NCBI GenBank assembly: GCA_027459725.1
Contig: DAIDHK010000008.1
Location: forward strand, 1-52,789
Length of the DNA stretch: 52,789 bases
Direction: 5' to 3'
Source of the DNA: Candidatus Levyibacteriota bacterium
Lineage (GTDB): Bacteria > Patescibacteriota > Microgenomatia > Levybacterales > UBA12049
The stretch's first letter is position 1. Every line of letters starts with the position of its first letter. This document shows positions 34,282 through 44,425 of the stretch, piece after piece. The translations under genes were made by a program, and so were the position numbers. The notes below the pieces were generated by a model. That model was not told the DNA's origin. It ran no database searches and saw nothing but the letters and a program-made list of their open reading frames with translations.

Positions 34282-34624
34282 GTTTTTCTTTAGGCAATTC
34301 TTCTATACTTTCTGCAAATGAAGCAATTGCAGCATCTCCAAAGGAAGAAACAAAATTATGGAGAAAAGACGTTGCAATATTTTTACTATATGTTTTTTTG
34401 GAAAGAACAGGTTTATAAATATATGCTTTCCCTTGTTCTTGTTTTTTTATCATACCCTTTGCTTCAAGCCTATTAAAAAGCGTTGCAACGGTGGTGTAAG
34501 CAATAGATTTATTTTGATTAAGTTTGTTAAGTACATCTCGTACAGAACACTCTTTAAGCTCCCAAATAATATCCATTACTTCTTGTTCTAATGTACTAAT
34601 TGTTTTTAGTTTCATTTTTTTCAT
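34235..34624 (-). CDS. BlaI/MecI/CopY-family winged-helix repressor
   Basis: EQEVMDIIWELKECSVRDVLNKLNQNKSIAYTTVATLFNRLEAKGMI. Confidence 0.8.
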   Translation of the reverse strand: MKKMKLKTISTLEQEVMDIIWELKECSVRDVLNKLNQNKSIAYTTVATLFNRLEAKGMIKKQEQGKAYIYKPVLSKKTYSKNIATSFLHNFVSSFGDAAIASFAESIEELPKEKREYFLKLLEHEADTK

Positions 34625-34654
34625 AACTTTTGTATTGCAATAGTTAGTATATTC

Positions 34655-34671
34655 TACTACAATTTGTAGTA
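34655..34671. promoter_or_regulatory. CopY/BlaI-type box TACTACA-ATT-TGTAGTA
   Basis: Perfect 7-bp arms in the divergent region between the repressor operon and the M23 peptidase gene. Confidence 0.65.
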
Positions 34672-34693
34672 CACTTCCACTGGCTTAATTGTT

Positions 34694-35911
34694 ATGAGTA
34701 GAAAGATTGCCCTAATACTCCCCGTTTTATTTATTACTCTTCTTATTTTTACTACATCTTCTGCCTTTGGTCAAACAGTTACACCAACACCTACTCCAGA
34801 CATGTCCTTGCAAACTCAAGCACTCCAAGCAAAAATTGATGATCTTCAAAACAAAGTAAGTGGCTTACAAGGACAAGAAAAAACTCTCTCCTCACAGATT
34901 AAAATTATGGATAGTCAAATAACATTGACTCAGTTGCGTATTGATAAGACGCAACAAGACATTAGCAATTTAACGCTGGATATTGATACTGCAAGTAAAA
35001 AAGTATCAACACTGACCAATTCTCTGACAGAGCTAACAAATGTACTCCTTAAACGAATGGTCGCAAATTACGAAGTAGGAAGTCAGAACTCTTTTCTAAC
35101 GCTTCTGAGTTCTAGTGGTATTACTGATTTTTTCAAAAAGGCGAATTATTTGCATATTGTTCAAGAACATGATAGAAAGCTTGTCTATGACACAGTGCAA
35201 GCCAAAAACGACTACGCAAATCAAAAATCAATTTATGAAGATAAGAAGAAGCAGGTTTTGGGACTCCAAACGCAACTACAATCATATACAGATGAGCTTA
35301 ATCAACAAAAACAAGATAAACAATCTCTTTTAACAATTACACAAAACTCAGAAAGTGTTTATCAGCAACAACTTGCTGAGGCGATGAAAGAACTGCAGCA
35401 AATTCAGCAAGCCGCACAAACCCTTGTCTCAACAGCTCCTCATCATGTGAATAAAGGAGATATTATTGGCCTTATGGGAAATAGCGGTTATTCTTCAGGA
35501 GCGCATTTACACTTTGGGGTCTACGATATAACATCCCTTTCCCAGTACAGCTATTACGCAAACTATGAAAACCCGGCAAATGTGCTTAGTGCAACGAGTG
35601 TTGATTGGGAAACAGGATGTGGAGGAGATCCAGTCGGAAAAACCACAACAGGGAACGGAACTTTCGCCTGGCCACTAGCAACTGATAATCTTCATATTTC
35701 TCAAGGGTATGGAAAGACCTGTTATACTGGCGCCTTATATGGAGGTAAACCTCATCCAGCATTCGATATGTATAACAACACAAACATCGCTATCCACGCT
35801 GTTGAAGAAGGAGAAGCATATATCTGTCGCAATTGTACTGGTGATGGTGGCAATGGCGTATTTATCTTCCACCCTGATGGTAAGATGACACTCTATTGGC
35901 ATTTACAATAA
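34694..35911 (+). CDS. secreted coiled-coil M23 (LytM-type) peptidoglycan metalloendopeptidase
   Basis: Signal peptide, a long Q-rich coiled coil, and GNSGYSSGAHLHFGVYD. Confidence 0.75.
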   Translation: MSRKIALILPVLFITLLIFTTSSAFGQTVTPTPTPDMSLQTQALQAKIDDLQNKVSGLQGQEKTLSSQIKIMDSQITLTQLRIDKTQQDISNLTLDIDTASKKVSTLTNSLTELTNVLLKRMVANYEVGSQNSFLTLLSSSGITDFFKKANYLHIVQEHDRKLVYDTVQAKNDYANQKSIYEDKKKQVLGLQTQLQSYTDELNQQKQDKQSLLTITQNSESVYQQQLAEAMKELQQIQQAAQTLVSTAPHHVNKGDIIGLMGNSGYSSGAHLHFGVYDITSLSQYSYYANYENPANVLSATSVDWETGCGGDPVGKTTTGNGTFAWPLATDNLHISQGYGKTCYTGALYGGKPHPAFDMYNNTNIAIHAVEEGEAYICRNCTGDGGNGVFIFHPDGKMTLYWHLQ

Positions 35912-35919
35912 ATCTTTGT

Positions 35920-36498
35920 TTATCGCATAGAATGGAGCATTTCAACCATCTGTTGAACTTCTTGCCCTTGCTCTGTAATTGTTTTTTGTGCAAACCCAAG
36001 AAGTTCAGAATGTCCTCCCCCTACAACTTCCATCCGAGCCATTGCAATTGCTTGCTGGTGATGGGGTATCATCAATTCTACAAACGTTCTATCAACGTCA
36101 GAACTGCTTTGCAGCTCCTGTACCATGCTCATATCCATGCTTTGCATCTTAGGTTCGTCTCGAAACCACTGAACATACCAATTCTCTAACTGTTCAATCT
36201 CAGCTGTTTGGCTTGTCTTAATCTGTGCTGCCATTGCTTTGACATCTGCATTTGCCCCTCTTGTTAACTCAATGTCTGCCATTGTAACAGCCATTTGATG
36301 ATGAGGAATCATCATTTCAATAAAATGGCGATCCATCATATCTTGCTGCATAGGCATTCCTTTTATTTGTTGCATTGTGTTCATTTGCATAGAAGAGCTC
36401 GCATTTGCACCCGAAGAAGGCAATGAAGGAACAATAAGCAAACCTACAATTACTAGTGAGATACTTCTGGCAATAATCTTTAATTTCATAGTTTGCAA
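35920..36498 (-). CDS. DUF305-domain (ferritin-like, copper-resistance-associated) secreted protein
   Basis: Duplicated MMIPHHQMAV and LMIPHHQQAI motifs. Signal peptide present. Confidence 0.75.
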   Translation of the reverse strand: MQTMKLKIIARSISLVIVGLLIVPSLPSSGANASSSMQMNTMQQIKGMPMQQDMMDRHFIEMMIPHHQMAVTMADIELTRGANADVKAMAAQIKTSQTAEIEQLENWYVQWFRDEPKMQSMDMSMVQELQSSSDVDRTFVELMIPHHQQAIAMARMEVVGGGHSELLGFAQKTITEQGQEVQQMVEMLHSMR

Positions 36499-36582
36499 TA
36501 TTCACCTCCTTTACCACGAACAATTATTTTCCATAAGAAGTTTGAAAAGAAATAAAAAAACTTGTAAGAACTATGGCACATC

Positions 36583-36599
36583 TACTACAAAGTGTGGTA
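36583..36599. promoter_or_regulatory. CopY/BlaI-type box TACTACA-AAG-TGTGGTA (one mismatch)
   Basis: Lies in the divergent region between the DUF305 gene and the CAP-domain gene. Confidence 0.5.
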
Positions 36600-36609
36600 T
36601 GGTAAATGT

Positions 36610-37554
36610 ATGGTACGAAATTTGCATCATTTTATTCTCCCTCACAAGCATAAGAAAAAACATAGAAAAGCACATTTGCTGTCTATCCATGCACTTACTG
36701 TATATGTCTTTCTCTTTATTTTCATGCAGGTAGGCTTCCTTACTCTTCGTAATTTTGCTCCAGGTGTTTTAGGAACATCCTCAAGCATTACCAGACAACA
36801 AGTTATCGATTTAACAAATCAAGAGCGGCAACAATATGGTGATGCACCAGTTAAAGAAAACTCACTTCTAGATAAAGCAGCAGAAGAAAAAGCACAAAAT
36901 ATGTTTGCAGATAACTATTGGGCACATGTCAACCCAAAAACAGGTCAGACTCCATGGTATTGGATGCAACAAGCAGGGTATGGCTATATTTATGCTGGGG
37001 AAAATCTTGCGAGAGGATACAGTACATCTCAGGATGTCATGAATGCTTGGATGGCTTCAAAAATGGGACACAAAGAAAATGTGTTAGGCACTCACTACCA
37101 AGAAATTGGCGTTGCTGTTGAAGATGGAGTCATTGATGGAGAAAAAACAACACTTGTTGTTCAGATGTTTGGAGCACCAATAAATCCTCTAGCAAAGAAG
37201 GATGTTGGCAATGATGCAGCAGCAGTGCAGGATACAAATAAATTAGCAACGAATATTCCTAACACATACCCCGCGCAACCAGTGGCTCAAGAGGTGCATA
37301 GTGCAAGTACGCAAAGTGTTCCTGCTCCCTCGTTGTTAAATCAATTTAAATTGACCATTAATCCATATGCTCTTACCAGAAACTTTAGCATTGTTCTTAT
37401 GATGATGCTTAGTGTTCTTGCATTTCTTGACTTATTCCTCACAAGTAGAAGAAATGTTGCAGTAAAGTTACATTTACGTCATTTACCTCATGCTGGAGTA
37501 TTTGTCGCCGCAATGGCGATCCTTCTTATTGTACAAGCAGGATCAATTATTTAA
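36610..37554 (+). CDS. CAP/SCP (YkwD-like) domain protein with N- and C-terminal TM segments
   Basis: NQERQQYG...AEEKAQNMF...YWAH...GENLARGY...GHKENVL. Start moved to MVRNLHHF. Confidence 0.65.
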   Translation: MVRNLHHFILPHKHKKKHRKAHLLSIHALTVYVFLFIFMQVGFLTLRNFAPGVLGTSSSITRQQVIDLTNQERQQYGDAPVKENSLLDKAAEEKAQNMFADNYWAHVNPKTGQTPWYWMQQAGYGYIYAGENLARGYSTSQDVMNAWMASKMGHKENVLGTHYQEIGVAVEDGVIDGEKTTLVVQMFGAPINPLAKKDVGNDAAAVQDTNKLATNIPNTYPAQPVAQEVHSASTQSVPAPSLLNQFKLTINPYALTRNFSIVLMMMLSVLAFLDLFLTSRRNVAVKLHLRHLPHAGVFVAAMAILLIVQAGSII

Positions 37555-37596
37555 AATTCACGAAAAAAGCTTGTCTTTCCACATTTAAGTATATTT

Positions 37597-39822
37597 TTAT
37601 ACCGTAATTAAGCTTTTCTCCGCTCTATTCAATAAAACAGCATTAGTCGCGACAATAATTGATGAAAGACTCATCAAAAGCGCTGCCCATTCTGGACGAA
37701 GCTCAATACCAAATCTTGGATACAGAACTCCTGCGGCAATAGGAATTGCAAGCAGATTATAAATTGACGCCCAGAAAAGGTTTTGTTTCATTTTTCTAAC
37801 TGTTGCTTTGGAAAGCCTGATTGCTCGCAAGATATCTGCTGGGTCTGATTTCATCAGTACCACTTTTGCAGTTTCTATGGCAACATCTGTCCCTGCCCCA
37901 ATTGCAATACCGATATTTGCTTGAGCTAAAGCTGGCGCATCGTTGACCCCATCACCTACCATCGCAACAAATTTCTCCTCATCTTGCAGTTGTTTCACAT
38001 ATTTTGCTTTATCTTGGGGCATAACTTCTGCAAAAATTCGCTTTATACCAAGCTGTTTGCCAATTGCTTCTGCCGTTTGCTTGTTATCACCTGTAATCAT
38101 CGCAACCTCAAGCCCTAACTCCTGCATACGCTCAATAGCAATCTTTGCAGTTGGTTTGATTGGGTCTTGGGCTGCTGCAACACCAGCAACTTTACCATTA
38201 ATTGCCAAAATCATTAGTGTTTTTCCTTCACTAAGCAGCCTATCAATGTCTTTTTGAAGAGGCATAAGATCAACTTTTCTCTCCTGCATAAGCTTTTGTG
38301 TTCCAACCAAAATGCGTTTTCCCTCAACTGTTGCCTCAACTCCTAAGCCTGCAAGGGATTTAAATTCTGTTACTTTTTCTGGGACTATGGTCTTTCTTCT
38401 TGTTGCTTCTTCCATGACTGCTTTACTTAATGGGTGTCCTGATTTTGCTTCTGCTGCACTATCAAATCGAATTACATCGTCTTCTGAGAAGCCTTTCATT
38501 GCTACTACATCTGTTATTTTTGGTTTCCCTTCAGTAAGCGTCCCTGTTTTATCCAGTACAATTGCTTGGATTTTAGAAACCTGCTCAAGAGTTGGCGCAT
38601 CCTTAATAAGTATGTTATGTTTTGCCCCAAGACCAGTTCCAACAGCTACAGCGGTAGGCGTAGCAAGTCCCAGCGCATCAGGACATGCAATAACAACTGC
38701 TGAGATAGCAAAGGTCAGAGCAAAAAGCAGTGGTTGCCCTAAAACTAAAAACCAGACTAGAAACGTCAAAAGTCCGCCACCTACTGCAACAATCACTAAA
38801 TATTTTGCAAACCTGTCTGCAATTTTTTGCCCTGGAGCCTTGGAGTTCTGTGCAGTTTCAACCATTTTGACAATTTGGGCAAGCGCCGTATTTCCTCCTA
38901 TTTTTGTTGCCTTAAACGTAACTGATCCAGATTGGTTGATTGATCCGCCAATGACTTTGTCTCCTTTTCCCTTGGCAACAGGAATAGATTCACCAGTAAC
39001 AAGCGATTCATCTATTGCCGTATCTCCCTCGATAATTTCTCCATCCACCGGGACTTTATCTCCAGGTTTCAGAAGGACAATATCATTAAGTTTAACTTCT
39101 GAGGTCGGAACAAGTTGCTCTTTTCCATTTCGTATTACCCTGGCTTGGGGTGGAACAAGATTAAACAATGCTTGCAGAGCATCAGTTGTTCCTCTGCGTG
39201 ATTTCATTTCCATCCAGTGTCCAAAAAGTACAAACGTAATCAGCATAGCTGCTGCCTCATAGTACGAGTCCTGACTACCAAGAAAGGTAAGCACTACACT
39301 AAATCCATAGGCGGCAGTAATTCCAACTGCAATCAAAACTGCCATATTTAGTGTTTTCTGCTTAAGTGCTTGATAGGTAGAATACAGAAAAATCCATCCA
39401 GCATAAAAGTAAACGGGTGTTGTAAGAATAAGAAGCATCCATGGAACAGGTATTGGCGTAGGAAGCGTTATGCGAAAAATTTTTTCTCCAAGGGGTGAGT
39501 AAAGAATAATTGGAATTGTTAAAATTAAGGAAAAGAAGAACTTATTCCGAATATCTTCTTCCATAAGCTTTGCCATTTCTCGACCTGCAAGCCCTGTATG
39601 CTCCATGCCCATAGACATGGACATACTCATTTTGAATTTTTCCCAAAATGACATTTCAGATACAGGCTTCATCACGTGCTCTCCATGTTTCATGGTGCTG
39701 TGATCCATTTCCTCATGGTTCATTTTCATTTCAGTCTCAATAAACCTCATCCCGCACTTTGGGCAGGTGCCAGGTTTTTCTTGTTGTACCTCAGAATGCA
39801 TAGGACAGGTATACATTTTCAT
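37597..39822 (-). CDS. P1B-type heavy-metal ATPase with N-terminal YTCPMH..CPKCGM domain, Met/His-rich tract and unusual CPD transmembrane motif
   Basis: DKTGTLT, GDGVNDAP and ITGDN. The TM motif reads VIACPDALGLATP. Confidence 0.85.
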   Translation of the reverse strand: MKMYTCPMHSEVQQEKPGTCPKCGMRFIETEMKMNHEEMDHSTMKHGEHVMKPVSEMSFWEKFKMSMSMSMGMEHTGLAGREMAKLMEEDIRNKFFFSLILTIPIILYSPLGEKIFRITLPTPIPVPWMLLILTTPVYFYAGWIFLYSTYQALKQKTLNMAVLIAVGITAAYGFSVVLTFLGSQDSYYEAAAMLITFVLFGHWMEMKSRRGTTDALQALFNLVPPQARVIRNGKEQLVPTSEVKLNDIVLLKPGDKVPVDGEIIEGDTAIDESLVTGESIPVAKGKGDKVIGGSINQSGSVTFKATKIGGNTALAQIVKMVETAQNSKAPGQKIADRFAKYLVIVAVGGGLLTFLVWFLVLGQPLLFALTFAISAVVIACPDALGLATPTAVAVGTGLGAKHNILIKDAPTLEQVSKIQAIVLDKTGTLTEGKPKITDVVAMKGFSEDDVIRFDSAAEAKSGHPLSKAVMEEATRRKTIVPEKVTEFKSLAGLGVEATVEGKRILVGTQKLMQERKVDLMPLQKDIDRLLSEGKTLMILAINGKVAGVAAAQDPIKPTAKIAIERMQELGLEVAMITGDNKQTAEAIGKQLGIKRIFAEVMPQDKAKYVKQLQDEEKFVAMVGDGVNDAPALAQANIGIAIGAGTDVAIETAKVVLMKSDPADILRAIRLSKATVRKMKQNLFWASIYNLLAIPIAAGVLYPRFGIELRPEWAALLMSLSSIIVATNAVLLNRAEKSLITV

Positions 39823-39825
39823 ATA

Positions 39826-40347
39826 TTAACTTCCACAGGTTATACTTTTCTTTGCCATTTTTTCTATATAATCTTTGGTAACAGCTTGTCTCACCAATTT
39901 TTGGTCTTCCTTACCAATAAAAACAACCAAAATATCGTCAGGTTTGATTGGTTGCAGTTGATAATTCGCAACCTTTTCGCCATTAATATAACCCGTTGTC
40001 TTTGAATAATTGATAAGGAAGTGGATATTGGTAAATAAATCTTGCCACTTTGCCCCAGTACGCTCTATATGCACAACATCTCCCACGTTATCATGTAAAT
40101 GTGCTTTTTCAATTTGAATATCAGTAGGAGAATTATCATTATTTTTATTAAGAGTGCATGGTTCTAAAAACATATATTTAACATCAGAAAAATTTATCTT
40201 TTTATCATTCTTAAAAACCACAAATCCAGCGTGGTAATGAGTTTTTTGAGGAATAAAAAGTTTTTTTGAGATAAAGAGCATAGTGATACTTAACAGTACT
40301 ACAGCAATAAAGGGAATAAAAAGTATAACTGGTCTTTTTATTTTCAT
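39826..40347 (-). CDS. hypothetical membrane-anchored protein
   Basis: 173-aa ORF with an N-terminal TM, located 3 nt upstream of the ATPase start. Confidence 0.5.
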   Translation of the reverse strand: MKIKRPVILFIPFIAVVLLSITMLFISKKLFIPQKTHYHAGFVVFKNDKKINFSDVKYMFLEPCTLNKNNDNSPTDIQIEKAHLHDNVGDVVHIERTGAKWQDLFTNIHFLINYSKTTGYINGEKVANYQLQPIKPDDILVVFIGKEDQKLVRQAVTKDYIEKMAKKSITCGS

Positions 40348-40366
40348 ATATAAAATATCATACAGA

Positions 40367-40879
40367 TTAAAATAACTTTCTCAACATTGACTGATATTTT
40401 TGTGGGTTTTCAATTCCTGTTAATACTATATCATCCTGATATCCTCCTGATGCACTTGTTTTAAGAATTATATCTCCATAATGGAATAGTTTTCCAAGCC
40501 ATGATTGATTAATCGTGATAGAGCGAATATTATCATAGTGATACATTTCTTCATTCACATGCAATGTGCCAGTTCTTTTCACAATATGTCTATCAGTAAA
40601 AAAATAAAGATTGTTTGCCCAAGCTAACACGACATGTAACAAAAGTACCATTTGCAAAATATTTTTTATTAGTTGCAAGCCAAATAATAATTCAGATATA
40701 TGATGATGCAGATCAAATGGTAAAGAGATACCCAAGGTTAAGAGATAGAAAATCAGTGAATATATTCCATCAAATAATACCAGTATCATCAAAAGTTTGA
40801 CTATCAATATTGCAATGCTCCCTCGGACAGGTTCAAAGAATTTTTCTTTCTCGTCATGCCTACTACTAAATATTTCCAT
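40367..40879 (-). CDS. membrane protein with bacterial PH (YdbS/YdbT-like, bPH_2) domain
   Basis: Two TM segments followed by FFTDRHIVKRTG...ITINQSWLGKLFHYGDIIL. Confidence 0.55.
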   Translation of the reverse strand: MEIFSSRHDEKEKFFEPVRGSIAILIVKLLMILVLFDGIYSLIFYLLTLGISLPFDLHHHISELLFGLQLIKNILQMVLLLHVVLAWANNLYFFTDRHIVKRTGTLHVNEEMYHYDNIRSITINQSWLGKLFHYGDIILKTSASGGYQDDIVLTGIENPQKYQSMLRKLF

Positions 40880-40880
40880 G

Positions 40881-41216
40881 CTACTTTGCCCATTTGTTAT
40901 ACAATGCTGCTGAACAATAGGTCAAAATCCAGATTGTTGCTCCTAAAGCTAATACTCCGATAATGACTGAGCCAAAACTAATTTGTGTTGCGGCTGCATG
41001 CACAGAGCCTACGTTGAGAAAATGAAACCACGTTTGCGTGATAGAAAATGATAAATCTGGCAATAAAACGACGAACAAAGCACAAAGTGTGTAAGCGATC
41101 ATCCAGACTGTTGTTACTGCATTTGCTAAAATTCTTGGTTTTATCATATGGATGTCACCTTCTCTCCTTAAACCCATTCCCTCATAAATATCAGTATTAT
41201 TCGGTATGTGCTTCAA
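40881..41216 (-). CDS. small hydrophobic membrane protein (alternative start 41147)
   Basis: 111-aa ORF with 3 predicted TM helices. Confidence 0.5.
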   Translation of the reverse strand: MKHIPNNTDIYEGMGLRREGDIHMIKPRILANAVTTVWMIAYTLCALFVVLLPDLSFSITQTWFHFLNVGSVHAAATQISFGSVIIGVLALGATIWILTYCSAALYNKWAK

Positions 41217-41220
41217 ACAT

Positions 41221-43443
41221 TTATAATTTCACTTTCTTAAGAAGGAGAGAGTTAGAAACAACCGAGATACTAGACATTGCCATTGCAGCTGATGCAAAAA
41301 TCGGATTTAAAAGAACATGAAAGAAAGGATATAAAACACCCATTGCTACAGGAATTAAAACAATGTTGTACCCAAATGCCCAGACCAGATTTGTTTTGAT
41401 CGTCCTCATGGTTCTCTTAGAAAGAATTACCGCATCTGCAACTGAGTGTAAGTCTTTGTTAATAAGCGTGATATCTGCCGCTTCTATAGCAACATCTGTA
41501 CCCGTTCCCATTGCAATACCCACATCTGCCGCTGCTAAAGCTGGAGCATCATTAATGCCATCTCCAATCATTGCTACTTTTTTACCTTCTTTTTGTATCT
41601 TTCGCACTTCTGCTTCTTTTTGATCTGGAAGAACTTCAGCAAGAACTCTTGTTATACCAATCTTACGAGCGATCGCATCTGCTGTTCTGTGATTATCTCC
41701 TGTTATCATGGCAACTTCTATGCCCATGTTTTGTAGCTTTTGGACTGCATTTTTTGCTGACTCTTTAACTGTATCAGCAACTGCAATAAGTCCAACTAAT
41801 TTCCCTTCCTGTGCAAGCATCATAACGGTTTTTCCTTCGTGTTCAAGTTGCGCTATTTGTGTATTAAACGCAGTAATAGAGATACGTTCTCTTTCCAGTA
41901 GTTTTCTATTTCCAAAATAAAGCTGCTTTTCCTCCACAACTCCTTCAATACCATGTCCCGCAACAGCATGAAATTTAACAACAGAACCTAATTTCATTTT
42001 TCGTTTCTCTGCTTCTTTTACTATTGCATCTGCCAGAGAGTGCTCCGAACCTTTTTCTAACGAAGCGGCAAGCTGCAAAATACCTTCTTTACGTAATTTG
42101 CCTGTAGCGATAATATCTGTCACTTCAGGTTTCCCATTTGTTAATGTTCCTGTTTTATCAAAAACAACGGTATTAATTTTATTAGCAATTTCCAAGCTCT
42201 CAGCATCTTTAATAAGAATTCCATGTTCTGCTCCTTTTCCTGTGCCAACCATTATTGCAGTAGGCGTTGCAAGTCCCATTGCGCACGGACAGGCAATAAT
42301 AAGAACTGCAACGGTATTCAAAAGGGCAAATACAAACGCTTGATGGACACCAAAGATATACCAAACAGCAAAGGTTACAATAGCAAGCATAATAACAACT
42401 GGTACAAAATATGAAGAGATAAGATCGGCAATGCGCTGAATTGGTGCTTTAGAACCCTGGGCTTCCTGAACCAGTTGTATAATTTGTGCAAGCATTGTCG
42501 CTGAGCCCACTTTTATTGCTTTATAAGTAAATGTCCCGGACTTATTCATTGTTGCGCCAACTACAGTATCTCCTTGCACCTTATCAACTGGCATGCTTTC
42601 CCCTGTTATCATTGATTCGTCAATTGAAGACTCTCCATCAAGGATAATTCCGTCAACAGGTATTTTTTCTCCTGGCCTAACACGAATAATATCTCCAACT
42701 TCTACTTGATTTATCGGTATATCAATATCTTTTCCATTCCGAATAACTCGCGCTGTTTTTGCCTGTAATCCCAAAAGTTTTTTAATTGCATCCGATGTGC
42801 CTAATTTCGCTTTTGCTTCAAAATATCGACCCAAAAGAATAAGACCAATCACAATAGTCGCAACGTCGAAATACGGCATTGGGTCAAGACCAATCCTCAT
42901 AACTACTTGCGGGAAAATTGTTACAAAAGCAGAATAAAAATAGGCAACGGTTGTTCCTAATGCAACGAGAGTATCCATATTAGCAGTTCTGTGTTTTAAT
43001 GCAGGAATGGTTGCTCTATAAAAATCAAGCCCTGCCCAAAACTGGACTGGTGTCGCAAGTAAAAGAAGAATCCATGAATTATGGAGAATGGGTGGAGAAA
43101 TCTTTATAAGACCAGGAAAACTACCCCAAAGGATAAGGCTACCAAGTCCTAAACTTACCATCACTTTATTTTTCAGTATTTGCAGTTCTTGTTTTTTTTC
43201 AGTTGCTTGAGTAGTATCACTTTTTTCTTCAAGTTCTAATGTATAGCCGGTTTTTGCAATGGAGTCAGCTAATTGCTGTGGTGTACAAGAGTCTGTATTG
43301 TACGAAACAGTTGCTTTTTCTGTTGCTAAGTTGACTACTGCTTCTGTAACTCCGGGAACTTTTTTCAGTGCACGTTCTGTAACACGTACACAAGAAGCAC
43401 AATGCATGCCTTTTAATAAAAATGTTTTTTTTGTTGTTGCCAT
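41221..43443 (-). CDS. copA: copper-translocating P1B-1-type ATPase
   Basis: N-terminal HMA domain [24 protein letters not shown] and GDGINDAP. Confidence 0.9.
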   Translation of the reverse strand: MATTKKTFLLKGMHCASCVRVTERALKKVPGVTEAVVNLATEKATVSYNTDSCTPQQLADSIAKTGYTLELEEKSDTTQATEKKQELQILKNKVMVSLGLGSLILWGSFPGLIKISPPILHNSWILLLLATPVQFWAGLDFYRATIPALKHRTANMDTLVALGTTVAYFYSAFVTIFPQVVMRIGLDPMPYFDVATIVIGLILLGRYFEAKAKLGTSDAIKKLLGLQAKTARVIRNGKDIDIPINQVEVGDIIRVRPGEKIPVDGIILDGESSIDESMITGESMPVDKVQGDTVVGATMNKSGTFTYKAIKVGSATMLAQIIQLVQEAQGSKAPIQRIADLISSYFVPVVIMLAIVTFAVWYIFGVHQAFVFALLNTVAVLIIACPCAMGLATPTAIMVGTGKGAEHGILIKDAESLEIANKINTVVFDKTGTLTNGKPEVTDIIATGKLRKEGILQLAASLEKGSEHSLADAIVKEAEKRKMKLGSVVKFHAVAGHGIEGVVEEKQLYFGNRKLLERERISITAFNTQIAQLEHEGKTVMMLAQEGKLVGLIAVADTVKESAKNAVQKLQNMGIEVAMITGDNHRTADAIARKIGITRVLAEVLPDQKEAEVRKIQKEGKKVAMIGDGINDAPALAAADVGIAMGTGTDVAIEAADITLINKDLHSVADAVILSKRTMRTIKTNLVWAFGYNIVLIPVAMGVLYPFFHVLLNPIFASAAMAMSSISVVSNSLLLKKVKL

Positions 43444-43448
43444 ACGTA

Positions 43449-44003
43449 TTAAAACATTGGAGTCTGCTCAGGACCCCTATTACTGTTTATTACAAAGAAT
43501 GCTTTAATTGTTTTTTCGTCAATTGTTTGCAACTTGTAGAGTCTCCCCCAGGAAGTTAATGCAACCGGCACGTCTAAATTCTTTCGAGGAACCATAATAC
43601 CTTTTCCTGTTGTTTGTCGAAAGATTTGTTTTAGTTTTTCAACATCACTTGCCGAAAGAGAAGCATTATATGAAAGAATAACTGCTCCATGCTCCAAACT
43701 ATGCACAAGAAGCTCATCCGGTACTTCTGTATCATGAATTCCTGCTCCACCAACACCATCGCCATAATGCCATCCAGAAGTTGGGGGATTAGAATTGTAC
43801 GGCGGATGACTTTCGCCCCGTTTTATGTGAGTTTCCCCTTGTATAGTAATTGCTTCACCCATAAGAGGTTTCGTAGATGTTTGTGCAGAGATCGAACTTT
43901 GGTTTTGATTGCTATCTTGCTGGTTTGTGAAAAACACTCCGCCAACAATAATAAGAAGTGTTGCCAAACCTATGCCTAAAAATACTTTATGTTCTATTGT
44001 CAT
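43449..44003 (-). CDS. DUF3105-domain protein, membrane-anchored
   Basis: [15 protein letters not shown]...[10 protein letters not shown]. Confidence 0.7.
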   Translation of the reverse strand: MTIEHKVFLGIGLATLLIIVGGVFFTNQQDSNQNQSSISAQTSTKPLMGEAITIQGETHIKRGESHPPYNSNPPTSGWHYGDGVGGAGIHDTEVPDELLVHSLEHGAVILSYNASLSASDVEKLKQIFRQTTGKGIMVPRKNLDVPVALTSWGRLYKLQTIDEKTIKAFFVINSNRGPEQTPMF

Positions 44004-44004
44004 A

Positions 44005-44364
44005 TTAGGTTACAATAATTTTGCCATGAAACATGTTCATTCCACACGCGTAGTCAAACTCACCTGTTTTTTCAGGAGTAACTACAACAGCTACTTTTTT
44101 GTTGAGAGGTAAATTCTTTCGTATACGAAAATCTCCAAGAACAACTTCCTCCAAACAACTTGAGGGATCTTTACGAATAAAATTAAGTGTTGTTTTCTTT
44201 CCTTTGGGAATAGAAATAACATTGGGAAAATATCCACCTTCAACAGTAATATCAATGCTACTGGTGTTCACTACTACTGCATCTTCCTCTTTTTTCATGA
44301 GAAAAAACCAATAAACAAATAGTATTCCACTAATACTTGCAATCGCTACAATAATTTTATCCAT
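44005..44364 (-). CDS. membrane-anchored cupredoxin-like domain protein
   Basis: N-terminal TM, then ITVEGGYFPNVISIPKGKKTTLNF...YACGMNMFHGKIIV. Similar to the C-terminal domain of 30074..31141. Confidence 0.65.
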   Translation of the reverse strand: MDKIIVAIASISGILFVYWFFLMKKEEDAVVVNTSSIDITVEGGYFPNVISIPKGKKTTLNFIRKDPSSCLEEVVLGDFRIRKNLPLNKKVAVVVTPEKTGEFDYACGMNMFHGKIIVT

Positions 44365-44372
44365 ATACCTAT

Positions 44373-44389
44373 TACTACAAACTGTAGTA
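44373..44389. promoter_or_regulatory. CopY/BlaI-type box TACTACA-AAC-TGTAGTA
   Basis: Perfect 7-bp arms, 9 nt upstream of the cupredoxin-gene ATG (head of the cupredoxin-DUF3105-copA operon). Confidence 0.65.
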
Positions 44390-44425
44390 GATGACTCATC
44401 TATTTGTCAAGGGTTTTCGTCACAA

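Noticed and set aside
38312-39262. 316-aa plus-strand ORF, plus 37943..38257 and the plus-strand ORFs at 41363..42414
   Set aside because: They lie entirely antisense to well-supported P-type ATPase genes. Their S/T/A/P-rich low-complexity translations are typical of antisense frames of conserved genes.
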